A stretch of DNA of 64,000 nt, taken from assembly GCA_021805545.1 (NCBI GenBank), contig JAJZFB010000037.1:21191-85190 (forward strand), given 5' to 3'. Source of the stretch: Pseudomonadota bacterium (GTDB lineage Bacteria > Pseudomonadota > Alphaproteobacteria > Acetobacterales > Acetobacteraceae). A program made the position numbers and the translations under genes. Below are positions 25,638 to 33,508 of this stretch, one piece after another; position 1 is the stretch's first letter; every line of letters starts with the position of its first letter. The notes under the pieces were generated by a model, which saw nothing but the letters and a program-made list of their open reading frames with translations, was not told the DNA's origin and searched no databases.

Positions 25638-26344
25638 AACACCGCCCGCCGCACGCCAATGGCGTATTTGCGCTCTAGCAGCATAAGCACGCCATTGGAG
25701 AGAATGGTGAGCACCAAATAGACGGCGCCCGCGATGCAGATGAAGAAGAAGCTGCGGTAAGTAGCCTCGCCCGCCGCCTGGGCGGCCTTAATTACATCCG
25801 ACAGGCCAATGATGGAAACCAGCGCCGTGGCCTTGAGGATGACCTGCCAGTTATTGCCCAGGCCGGGCAGAGCATGGCGCATCATTTGCGGGAACAAAAC
25901 GCGGCGGAAGACAAGGCCAGAGCGCATGCCAAAAGCGCGCGCGGCCTCCAACTGGCCCTTGGGCACGGCCAGAAAAGCGCCACGAAAGGTCTCGGTGAAA
26001 TAGGCGCCGTAGATGAAGCCGAGGGTGATGGTGCCGGAGGTGAACGGGTCGAGCTGCAGCCCGAAACTATACGTGCTTTGCAGATTATTCAGCCAGCCGG
26101 TGAAATCGTTCACCCATATCTGCAGCGAATAGAAAATGAGCAGCATCAGCACCAAATCGGGCACGCCGCGGATGATGGTGGTGTAGATTGTCGCCACACC
26201 CTTGAAAATGCGGTGCTTGGACAACTTGGCCGTGGCACCGAGCAGGCCTAGCAGGAAGGAAACCAGAAGCGACAAAAGCGAAAGCTCGATCGTCGTGACC
26301 GTGCCCGACAATAATTGCGGCCCATAGCCGGCGAGATCGAACAT
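25634..26344 (-). CDS. hisQ: basic amino acid ABC transporter permease (HisQ-like)
   Basis: 236 aa, polytopic, EAA loop (QLEAARAFGMRSGLVFRRVLFPQMMRHALP). 4-nt overlap with hisM. Confidence 0.8.
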   Translation of the reverse strand: MFDLAGYGPQLLSGTVTTIELSLLSLLVSFLLGLLGATAKLSKHRIFKGVATIYTTIIRGVPDLVLMLLIFYSLQIWVNDFTGWLNNLQSTYSFGLQLDPFTSGTITLGFIYGAYFTETFRGAFLAVPKGQLEAARAFGMRSGLVFRRVLFPQMMRHALPGLGNNWQVILKATALVSIIGLSDVIKAAQAAGEATYRSFFFICIAGAVYLVLTILSNGVLMLLERKYAIGVRRAVL

Positions 26345-26394
26345 GGCGTCTCCTCAAGGCCGCCGGCCCCGCTGGAAACGGGGCCGGCACGAGA

Positions 26395-27213
26395 TCAGTT
26401 CATGGAATTTGCGGGCGGGGCGCCGTATACATCGAAGGTGAAGTACTTCGCTTCAATCTTTTTATAGATACCCTTCTTGTGGAGTTCGGCGATAGCCCAG
26501 TCGATCTTCTTGAGCAATTCCGGATCATCCTTGCGCACGCCAATGGCGATGTAAGAACCGAGGACATCCTTCGGATCGTAGGTAACGTCACCGCCGAACT
26601 GGAAATCGGCGCCGCGCGAGGTTTTGAGAAAGCCGTAATCAGCCTCCACTGAATCCTGCAGCGAGGCGTCGAGACGGCCGGAGAGCAGGTCGGCGTAAAC
26701 CTGGTCCTGGCCGGGGTAGGAGACAACCTTAACGCCCATGGGCTCCCAGTAGGTCTTGGCATAACTCTCCTGAATGGTGCCGGCCTCAACACCAACCGTC
26801 TTGCCCTTCAGGCTCTCTGCGGTGGGTTTCAGGCCGGAGCCTTTCCTCACAATCAGCGCGGTCGGCTCGTTATACATTTCCGTGGAGAAGGCGATCTGCT
26901 TCGCGCGCTCTGGCGTTACGGTCATAGAGGACAAAATGGCGTCGAACTTGCGGGCCTCGAGGGCCGGAATGATACCATCGAAGCTCTGCGACACAAAAAC
27001 GCATTTGGTTGCAAGCTCGGCGCAGATGGCCTTGCCAAGATCAATGTCGAATCCCTGAAAAGCCCCGGATGGAGACAGGCTCTCAAATGGCGGATACGTG
27101 GCATCCACGCCAAAGCGCAGCTCGTGCATTTGCTTGGCATGAGCCGCCAGGGGGGCGGACGCCACGCCCAGCGCGCATAAAGCGGTAAACGCGGAACGGA
27201 AGACTTTTTTCAT
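26395..27213 (-). CDS. lysine/arginine/ornithine/histidine-binding periplasmic protein (PBP2, HisJ/ArgT-like)
   Basis: 272 aa. Signal ...APLAAHA. RFGVDATYPPFESLSPSGAFQGFDIDLGKAIC and DAILSSMTVTPERAK family motifs. Confidence 0.85.
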   Translation of the reverse strand: MKKVFRSAFTALCALGVASAPLAAHAKQMHELRFGVDATYPPFESLSPSGAFQGFDIDLGKAICAELATKCVFVSQSFDGIIPALEARKFDAILSSMTVTPERAKQIAFSTEMYNEPTALIVRKGSGLKPTAESLKGKTVGVEAGTIQESYAKTYWEPMGVKVVSYPGQDQVYADLLSGRLDASLQDSVEADYGFLKTSRGADFQFGGDVTYDPKDVLGSYIAIGVRKDDPELLKKIDWAIAELHKKGIYKKIEAKYFTFDVYGAPPANSMN

Positions 27214-27491
27214 TTGTGACTCCCAAGATGTAAGCTTCGCATCGATGCGCCTGCCGCAGGGATGCCCCGGCCAAGATTAACCAATTTGTCATACGGCGCA
27301 ACGGTATCTGTGGGAAACAGCTTGGATTCTGACAGGTTTCCAACAAAACCGCCGATTTTTGCCAGACCGCCACAAAGAAAGGCCCATTCCGCCGCCCGCA
27401 TGGGCACGGCCGGAAATGAGCCTTTTGAAAGCGCTTTTCAGGGAGGCGGGCGTAACAGGAGCGCCGCGCTCCCGTTCATCAGGGGGGGTCT

Positions 27492-27670
27492 TAGCGCGAT
27501 GACTTGAGATGCGCTCGCTCTGCGCGCGATTTGAAAGCCTGAATCGCGCTCAACTTCATTGATTGAGAGCCGGATTCAGATTTCAGAGCGGATCACAACA
27601 TGATCCGGCCTGAAATCATCCAGCTTGTGACGGTTCTGAAATCCAACGGATTTCAGAACCGGGACACTAG
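27492..27670. repeat. mosaic repeat locus 4: B (inverted, 27492-27553) + C (inverted, 27563-27627) + A1 (27624-27670)
   Basis: TAGCGCGATGACTTGAGATGCGCTCGCTCTGCGCGCGATTTGAAAGCCTGAATCGCGCTC, then TTGAGAGCCGGATTCAGATTTCAGAGCGGATCACAACATGATCCGGCCTGAAATCATC, then ..GACGGTTCTGAAATCCAACGGATTTCAGAACCGGGACACTAG. Confidence 0.9.
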
Positions 27671-28182
27671 CCTCGCAGCGCGGCGGGTGCCGCCGCAATC
27701 GCTTTATCGATCATTGCGGCACCGTCTTGGGGACCAAAATTTTCCGCCAGCACGGACGCAGAGGCCGCGGTGGCGGCATCTATGGCGATGGCGCGAATTT
27801 CGGCCAGAGCCGAGGCTTCCGCCGCCGCGATCCGCTCGATGGCCATGCGCTCGCGGCGCTTGGCCGCGGCTTCGGCTTCCGCAGCAAGGGCGGCAGCCAG
27901 CGAAGCGGCTTCCACATGCGCGGTTTCGAGGATGGCTTTAGCATCGGCTTCGGCTTGGGCCTGGCGGGCCTTGGCCTCGGCCAGCATGGCCTCGGCTTCG
28001 GCCTTCAGCGCCGCGGCTTCCGCAAGGGCGGCGCTAACGCTGGCGGTGCGGGCGTCGAGCAACGCCGCAATGGCACGCGCGACCTGCCGCCCCGCGATGA
28101 GGGCGAAGATGGCAACGGCGATGAAGACCCAAAACGCGCCGTGAAGGTAGAATATCTTCCCGGTGAGAGCTTCGTAGATCAT
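27667..28182 (-). CDS. atpF: F0F1 ATP synthase subunit b
   Basis: 171 aa. N-terminal TM, then a long Ala/Glu-rich coiled coil. Last gene of the F0 operon. Its TAG stop is inside the terminal CTAG of repeat A1. Confidence 0.85.
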   Translation of the reverse strand: MIYEALTGKIFYLHGAFWVFIAVAIFALIAGRQVARAIAALLDARTASVSAALAEAAALKAEAEAMLAEAKARQAQAEADAKAILETAHVEAASLAAALAAEAEAAAKRRERMAIERIAAAEASALAEIRAIAIDAATAASASVLAENFGPQDGAAMIDKAIAAAPAALRG

Positions 28183-28183
28183 G

Positions 28184-28750
28184 TTATGCCACTTTCCGTG
28201 CCGCCAAGGCGGCGTCGAGCCGGGGGGCGAGCTGATCTTCAGCCGGCTGAATACCGGTGAGTTTCAGCAGAATGGTGCTGGCCACATCGGCCGCTACGGG
28301 GCGGATGGCGGCAACCGCCGCCGCCCTTGCCGTGGCGATTTGCGCTTCCGCCGCGTCCAGCTTCACCTCTAGCGCGGCGGCCAGGGCCGCGGCCTCGGCC
28401 GCGGCTTTGGCCTTGGCGCCGTTCACGGCTTTTGCCACCTCGGCCTGCGCCACGGCCCGGGCCTGGACGATGGTGGCATTCAGCGCGGCGGCAGCGGCAT
28501 CAGCCTCTTTTTTAGCCTGACGGGCGGCGGCCAGATCGGCGGCGATGACAGCGGCGCGATTGTCCAGCACCTTGCCAACCTGGGGCAGCCCCCAGCACGA
28601 CAGGAGCAGATACAGCACCACGAGAATAACCGCCATCCAGCCCACCTGATCCAAGGTGAGCGGGTTGTGGAAATTCATCTGCGGCATGGTATCCGCGAAA
28701 GCCGCGGAGGGCGCCAAGGCCAGCAGGGTTGCGGTGCTAAGCCGGCGCAT
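28184..28750 (-). CDS. atpF2: F0F1 ATP synthase subunit b-prime
   Basis: 188 aa. MPQMNFHNPLTLDQVGWMAVILVVLYLLL, then a coiled coil. Its position after atpE is typical of alphaproteobacteria. Confidence 0.8.
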   Translation of the reverse strand: MRRLSTATLLALAPSAAFADTMPQMNFHNPLTLDQVGWMAVILVVLYLLLSCWGLPQVGKVLDNRAAVIAADLAAARQAKKEADAAAAALNATIVQARAVAQAEVAKAVNGAKAKAAAEAAALAAALEVKLDAAEAQIATARAAAVAAIRPVAADVASTILLKLTGIQPAEDQLAPRLDAALAARKVA

Positions 28751-28986
28751 CAGGTGAACAGGATGACCAGCGCGATGACCAGCGCGTAGAGCGCGACGGC
28801 TTCCGTCAGCGCGAAGCCGAGCAGCACGTCCTTGAACATGGCATCGCGGGCGGCCGGGTTACGGCCCACGGCAGAGACGAAAGCGCCAAACAGGTTACCG
28901 ATACCAACACCGGCACCGGCGACGCCGATGGTGGCGAGGCCACCGCCAATATCCTTCGCGAGCAGAGCGGCAGACTGGGGATCCAT
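28750..28986 (-). CDS. atpE: F0F1 ATP synthase subunit c
   Basis: 78 aa, hairpin of two TM helices, GRNPAARD loop and conserved acidic residue (LTEAVALY). Confidence 0.9.
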   Translation of the reverse strand: MDPQSAALLAKDIGGGLATIGVAGAGVGIGNLFGAFVSAVGRNPAARDAMFKDVLLGFALTEAVALYALVIALVILFT

Positions 28987-29050
28987 ATAATTTTCCTTTC
29001 CGAGAAACTCTATTATGATGAAGTCTTAGTGCATATGCGCGGCATCATGC

Positions 29051-29803
29051 CTAGTGCATGTGAACTGCATCGTGCAGATACAGGCAGGTGAGGATGGCAA
29101 ACACATAGGCCTGCAGCCCCGCCACCAGCAATTCCAGCGCGGCCAGCGCCACGTTAAGGCCTAGCGGCACAATCGCCGCGAAGACACCAAGGACGCCGAA
29201 GGAGGCCGTGAGCAGCAGCATGAAGCCGGCGAATACCTCCCACATCACATGCCCCGCCGTCATGTTGGCAAAAAGACGCACAGAGAGCGAAACGGGACGC
29301 GAGAGGTAGGAAATGATCTCGATGGGCACCAGCAGCGGCAGCAGCCAGCCAGGAACGCCAGAGGGCACGAAGAACTTAAAGAACCGGAACCCATGCGTGT
29401 AGAACCCAACGCCGGTGGAAAACACAAACACAAACAAGGCCAGCGCGAGGGTAACGGCGATGTGCGAGGTGAAGGCGAAGAAATAGGGGATGAGCCCGAT
29501 GAGGTTGCCCAGCAGAATAAATGAGAAGATGGTGAAAACCAGGGGGAAGAAACGCAAGCCTTCCTCGCCGATCGTATCCACGCACATATTGCGGACAAAC
29601 TCGTAAAGAAGCTCGACCAAAGACTGCATACGGCCAGGCACCAGGGCGCGCGCCTGCAGGCCCAGCGCAAATACGCCGGTAATAATGACCGCCGCGGCCA
29701 GCATGGCCTCGTTGGAATTGGTGAAGTGCAGCGCGCGGCCAAACTGGCCAAAGCCCGTGGTCAGGCTGAATTGTCCCAGCGCATCGATCGAGGGTGCCGC
29801 CAT
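29051..29803 (-). CDS. atpB: F0F1 ATP synthase subunit a
   Basis: ATG 29803-29801 (the track ORF starts at an upstream TTG). SLSVRLFANMTAGH motif with the essential Arg. Confidence 0.9.
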   Translation of the reverse strand: MAAPSIDALGQFSLTTGFGQFGRALHFTNSNEAMLAAAVIITGVFALGLQARALVPGRMQSLVELLYEFVRNMCVDTIGEEGLRFFPLVFTIFSFILLGNLIGLIPYFFAFTSHIAVTLALALFVFVFSTGVGFYTHGFRFFKFFVPSGVPGWLLPLLVPIEIISYLSRPVSLSVRLFANMTAGHVMWEVFAGFMLLLTASFGVLGVFAAIVPLGLNVALAALELLVAGLQAYVFAILTCLYLHDAVHMH

Positions 29804-29877
29804 GTCTATTCCGTCCAACCACCTGTTTACGGCGCGTTTCCACGCCCGAATTAGTTTAACCGTCCCACACCGGGCGG

Positions 29878-30174
29878 CTACTCGTTTTTACCAGCTGCCC
29901 GCAGAAGATTGCGGATGCCGGCAGCCATTCCAACCGGGACCATGACGATCATCAGCCAGGGGCTCGTATGGAACAGCTTATCCAGCCCCCAGCCGACCAC
30001 CACGGCGATGACCATCGCGGCCACCATTTCCACACCAAGGCGCATGGCCAGCTCAATCGCCCGGCGCGCGGAACTGGCCTGCTTGGCCTCCGATTCGCGC
30101 GCAGACCCCTGGGCCGCGTCCTCTGCCGCCTGCAGCCGCTGTTCAAATGCCTTTTTATCCGGGCCTTCGCTCAT
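29878..30174 (-). CDS. atpI: AtpI/AtpZ-like ATP synthase protein I
   Basis: 98 aa, two C-terminal TM helices, first gene of the F0 operon. Confidence 0.7.
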   Translation of the reverse strand: MSEGPDKKAFEQRLQAAEDAAQGSARESEAKQASSARRAIELAMRLGVEMVAAMVIAVVVGWGLDKLFHTSPWLMIVMVPVGMAAGIRNLLRAAGKNE

Positions 30175-30312
30175 GCACCTGCTTCCACGGCCTTGCGGCC
30201 GCCTAGACGATGGCGCGGTTGCTACCTATGCCCCCTCACCCTGTCAAGAATGTCGGGGATTATATTGTTACAACAGATGCAAAACAGCGGCTGTTGACGC
30301 GGTTACGGATAA

Positions 30313-30334
30313 GACTCCACTTATATTGCGAGTC
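30313..30334. promoter_or_regulatory. two GANTC (CcrM) sites in the ccrM leader
   Basis: GACTC at 30313-30317 and GAGTC at 30330-30334, 20-40 nt upstream of the ccrM start. Confidence 0.4.
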
Positions 30335-30352
30335 TGAACCCGAGGATCTGCC

Positions 30353-31438
30353 TTGCCCGTGGAAATGCCGTGCGAATTGCCGCTCGACCAGATATTACTC
30401 GGCGATGCCGGGGCGATGCTGCGTATGCTGCCGGACGCCTCGGTAAACTGCGTGTTCGCCGACCCGCCCTACAACCTGCAATTGCGCGGCGAGCTGCGCC
30501 GGCCAGATGACAGCCTGGTGGACGGGGTGGACGAGGATTGGGACAGGTTTACCGATTTTGCCGCCTACGACGCCTTTACCCGCGACTGGCTAGGCGAATG
30601 CTACCGGATTCTGCAAAAAGACGGGACCATCTGGGTCATAGGTTCTTACCATAACATCTTCCGCATCGGCGCGATGATGCAGGATATGGGGTTCTGGATC
30701 CTCAACGACGTGATCTGGCGCAAGACCAACCCCATGCCCAACTTTCGTGGCCGGCGCTTCACCAACGCGCATGAAACCATGATCTGGGCCGCGAAATCCC
30801 CCAAAAGCCGGTACAAGTTCAACTACCAGGCCATGAAGACGCTGAATGATGATGTACAGATGCGCTCGGACTGGACCCTGCCGCTATGCACTGGCGCCGA
30901 ACGGCTGAAAAATGCCCACGGGCTGAAGCTGCACCCCACGCAAAAGCCCGAGGCGCTGCTGCACCGCGTTATCATGGCCTCCACCGCGCCGGGGGATGTG
31001 ATTGTGGACCCGTTCCTTGGCACCGGCACCACGGCGGCGGTGGCCAAGCGGCTGCACCGGCATTTTATCGGCATAGAACGCCACCCAGCCTATGTGGAAG
31101 CGGCCTGGGGGCGGCTGAGGGCCGAGTCGCGGGCACCCAAAGCGGCCGTTCTGGCCCCGCCCGCGGGGCGCGAAACCCCGCGCATTGCCTTTGGCAGCTT
31201 CGTGGAACGCGGGATTTTGCCACCTGGCACACAGGTTATGGATAAGCAGCGCCGCATGGCCGCCGAGGTAACGGCGGAGGGCGGGCTGGTTTCTGGCCCG
31301 CATCGCGGTTCCATTCACCAAGTGGGGGCGGCGGTACAAAATGCGCCAAGCTGCAATGGCTGGACCTACTGGCATTTTGAGCGCGGCGGCACGCTTGTGC
31401 CGCTGGATGTGCTGCGCAAAGAAAATCCCGGCGTGTGA
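30353..31438 (+). CDS. ccrM: cell-cycle-type N6-adenine DNA methyltransferase CcrM (GANTC), orphan
   Basis: 361 aa. Near-collinear with my recollection of Caulobacter CcrM: [50 protein letters not shown]-terminal CNGWTYWHF. The start could be TTG 30353, GTG 30359 or ATG 30365. No cognate endonuclease gene is present. Confidence 0.9.
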   Translation: MPVEMPCELPLDQILLGDAGAMLRMLPDASVNCVFADPPYNLQLRGELRRPDDSLVDGVDEDWDRFTDFAAYDAFTRDWLGECYRILQKDGTIWVIGSYHNIFRIGAMMQDMGFWILNDVIWRKTNPMPNFRGRRFTNAHETMIWAAKSPKSRYKFNYQAMKTLNDDVQMRSDWTLPLCTGAERLKNAHGLKLHPTQKPEALLHRVIMASTAPGDVIVDPFLGTGTTAAVAKRLHRHFIGIERHPAYVEAAWGRLRAESRAPKAAVLAPPAGRETPRIAFGSFVERGILPPGTQVMDKQRRMAAEVTAEGGLVSGPHRGSIHQVGAAVQNAPSCNGWTYWHFERGGTLVPLDVLRKENPGV

Positions 31439-31446
31439 CGCCCGCC

Positions 31447-31482
31447 CTGCGCGGCGTGCCGGTTTTGCGCGGCGTGCCGGTT
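31447..31482. repeat. 2 x 18-nt tandem duplication ((C/T)TGCGCGGCGTGCCGGTT)
   Basis: Read directly between the convergent ccrM and flp 3' ends. One mismatch. Confidence 0.85.
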
Positions 31483-31654
31483 ATAGCCCGCCAGCAACGT
31501 GGGCAAAGCTGGACGAGACATGCGCACTGGCACCACTCATCGCACCAGCGGCGGCAATCGCGACCAGCATCGCAATCATACCATATTCCAGCATCGACAC
31601 GGCGCGCTGGCCAAGCTGCGCGCCCAGGATTCTACCAAGATTACGTGCCAGCAT
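31481..31654 (-). CDS. flp: Flp/Fap family type IVb pilin (57 aa), below the ORF-track size cutoff
   Basis: Own translation gives MLARNLGRILGAQLGQRAVSMLEYGMIAMLVAIAAAGAMSGASAHVSSSFAHVAGGL. Flp hallmark EYG(L/M)IA followed by a hydrophobic stretch. GGGAG lies 7 nt upstream of the ATG. No tad/cpa genes in the window. Confidence 0.65.
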   Translation of the reverse strand: MLARNLGRILGAQLGQRAVSMLEYGMIAMLVAIAAAGAMSGASAHVSSSFAHVAGGL

Positions 31655-31773
31655 CTTTCAGCTCCCTTTATGGAAACATGGCAGCGCCAACAAACGCCGC
31701 GACGCGCCCAGAAATTACATGATTTACTTATTACCTTCTTAACGCATCGAGACGGGCATTTTACCCGCCTCAA

Positions 31774-31795
31774 GCCTTTGTGAATTCACAAAGGC
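31774..31795. repeat. perfect 22-nt palindrome GCCTTTGTGAATTCACAAAGGC
   Basis: Read directly. About 120 nt upstream of flp and about 130 nt downstream of the ferredoxin-reductase stop. No U-tract. Confidence 0.9.
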
Positions 31796-31796
31796 G

Positions 31797-31861
31797 TTAG
31801 TGCCGGATGATTTCAGGCCGGATCGCGCGCAAAGCGAGCGCATCTCAAGTCATCGCGCTAG
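31797..31861. repeat. mosaic repeat locus 5: chimera of the left half of C and the right half of B
   Basis: TTAGTGCCGGATGATTTCAGGCCGGATC (C-left) is fused to GCGCGCAAAGCGAGCGCATCTCAAGTCATCGCGCTAG (B-right). Confidence 0.8.
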
Positions 31862-31922
31862 CCGGGGTATAGGCGCGGGCACCGCAAGTGTTTATTCATC
31901 AGCCCGTTACAACCTGTAGCCC

Positions 31923-32939
31923 TTATGCATGGGCCATCACGCTTGCCGCGGCAGGTTCCGTGCTCAGGGTGGGGGCAAGGTGCAGCCGCCCGGGTGGATT
32001 GCCGAGCGCCTGCAGCGCCGCTTTAACAGCCCCCAGCAAGGGGGCGGGACCGGCGGCATAAAAATCGGCGGCGGGCAGCCTGGCAAGCTCGGCGCACAGC
32101 GCCATACCCTCATTGGCTGTAACCAGCGCGGCGGTAAGCTGCGGCAAGGCGGCGCGCAGAGCGGCCAGGCGGGGTTCGAGGAATGGCCGATCGGCCGGCG
32201 CGGCCTGGAGGACACAATGCACGCGAATGCGGTCACGCGAGGTGGCGAGGTGGGCCAGCATGGCGAGCACGGGCGCCAGACCCGCCCCGCCACCCACCAG
32301 GCAGCGCGGGCGGGAGCTTTTCTCATCGAGAGTGAAACTGCCCAGCGGCCCGCGAAGCTGCAATTTTGTGCCGCGCCGTATCGCGCCAAATGCGGCGGCC
32401 CACGCGGTGTCAGCCCCCGGGGGCAGCAAAAATTCCAGCACCCCATCCAGATTAGGCGCATTCGCCATGGGCAACGGGCGCCAAATCTCCGTGCCTGGCA
32501 GGCGCAGCTCAATATACTGGCCCGCGGCAAAATCGGCTTCGGCGCCAAATTCGCCTTCTGGGCACAAATGCAAGGTCAGGCTGGTCCAGCCCTCCGGCGC
32601 GGTGGTTACGGCGCCCAGCATGGCATGGCGCCGGGGCAATTGGCGGCGGCCAACCTGCGCATCCCGGCACGGCAATTCCACCACCAAATCCTCCAGCGGG
32701 CGGCAGCGGCACAGCAGCACGCCACCCGGGCCGGGCGGCAATTTAGCCTCATGCGGCGCAAGCTCGTACGCGCCAGAGAGAACATGGGCATGGCAGGTGC
32801 CGCAACGCCCATGGCGGCATACGCTGGGCAAATAATACCCCGCCTCCTCCGCCGCATCCAGAACACTGGCCGCGCCTGAGCAGGGGAAGGTTAATTTTTT
32901 GCCGTCTCGCGTGATTGCGGCAATGTCTGGCATGGGCAT
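31923..32939 (-). CDS. [2Fe-2S] ferredoxin-FNR-type oxidoreductase (oxygenase reductase-like)
   Basis: N-terminal plant-type ferredoxin motif CRHGRCGTCHAHV, then FAD/NAD(P)-binding FNR-like domains (GQYIELRLPG, CLVGGGAGLAPVLAML). The start is ATG 32939 or 32933. Confidence 0.75.
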   Translation of the reverse strand: MPMPDIAAITRDGKKLTFPCSGAASVLDAAEEAGYYLPSVCRHGRCGTCHAHVLSGAYELAPHEAKLPPGPGGVLLCRCRPLEDLVVELPCRDAQVGRRQLPRRHAMLGAVTTAPEGWTSLTLHLCPEGEFGAEADFAAGQYIELRLPGTEIWRPLPMANAPNLDGVLEFLLPPGADTAWAAAFGAIRRGTKLQLRGPLGSFTLDEKSSRPRCLVGGGAGLAPVLAMLAHLATSRDRIRVHCVLQAAPADRPFLEPRLAALRAALPQLTAALVTANEGMALCAELARLPAADFYAAGPAPLLGAVKAALQALGNPPGRLHLAPTLSTEPAAASVMAHA

Positions 32940-33068
32940 CCTGGCGGAACTTGCCGGCTGAATTGCCTCCCGCCGCAACCAAGGTCAAGCCATGCTCATG
33001 CAAGCCAGAGCCGCGGTGGCGGAAGCCCCTTCCGCCAAGCTGTATTTTTTGTCACACTGGTCAGCATC

Positions 33069-33503
33069 ATGCGATTGCACGCTTCCTGTGCCGCCCGCGC
33101 CAACGCGCAAGGGGGCGATGCCATTTTGCTGCTGGGTCCCTCCGGGAGCGGCAAGTCCGACTTGCTGCTGCGCCTGTTGCGGCATGGTTTTATGCTGGTG
33201 GCGGACGACCAGGTGATTATCGAAAACGGCCTAGCGCGCGCGCCGGACATATTGGCGGGGCTGCTGGAGGTACGAGGGCTGGGCATATTCCGCCTGCCTT
33301 ATATGCAAACCGCAACTATTCGGCTTGCTGCCCAAATGGGGCGGGAAGCGGACCGCCTGCCCCTGCCGCGCCGCCACAATGCCTTGGGTGTGCCCGAGGT
33401 GACGCTCGACCCAGCCCTGCCTTCCGCACCCGAGCGCGCCGCCCTGGCGCTGGAAGCCGCTTGCGGGCGCATGGCCCAAACCGCCGGTGCCTTTACGCCG
33501 TGA
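33069..33503 (+). CDS. hprK: truncated HPr kinase/phosphorylase (alphaproteobacterial short form)
   Basis: 144 aa. LLLGPSGSGKSD P-loop, ADDQVII and LEVRGLGI motifs. Lacks the N-terminal domain. Confidence 0.8.
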   Translation: MRLHASCAARANAQGGDAILLLGPSGSGKSDLLLRLLRHGFMLVADDQVIIENGLARAPDILAGLLEVRGLGIFRLPYMQTATIRLAAQMGREADRLPLPRRHNALGVPEVTLDPALPSAPERAALALEAACGRMAQTAGAFTP

Positions 33504-33508
33504 ATCCA

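Noticed and set aside
23670-25721. 683-aa plus-strand ORF
   Set aside because: Antisense to fixL and hisM, both of which have clear motifs. The composition is biased (G/A/R/H) and no motif is recognisable.
27214-27490. Sigma-54 promoter (TGGCA...GC) upstream of the hisJ-like gene
   Set aside because: In TGGCAAAAATCGGC the GG-to-GC spacing is one nucleotide short of the -24/-12 consensus, and there is no supporting TTGC.
30175-30352. CtrA box (TTAA-N7-TTAA) in the ccrM promoter
   Set aside because: No TTAA-N7-TTAA or good half-site is found in the leader. Only the two GANTC sites are supported.
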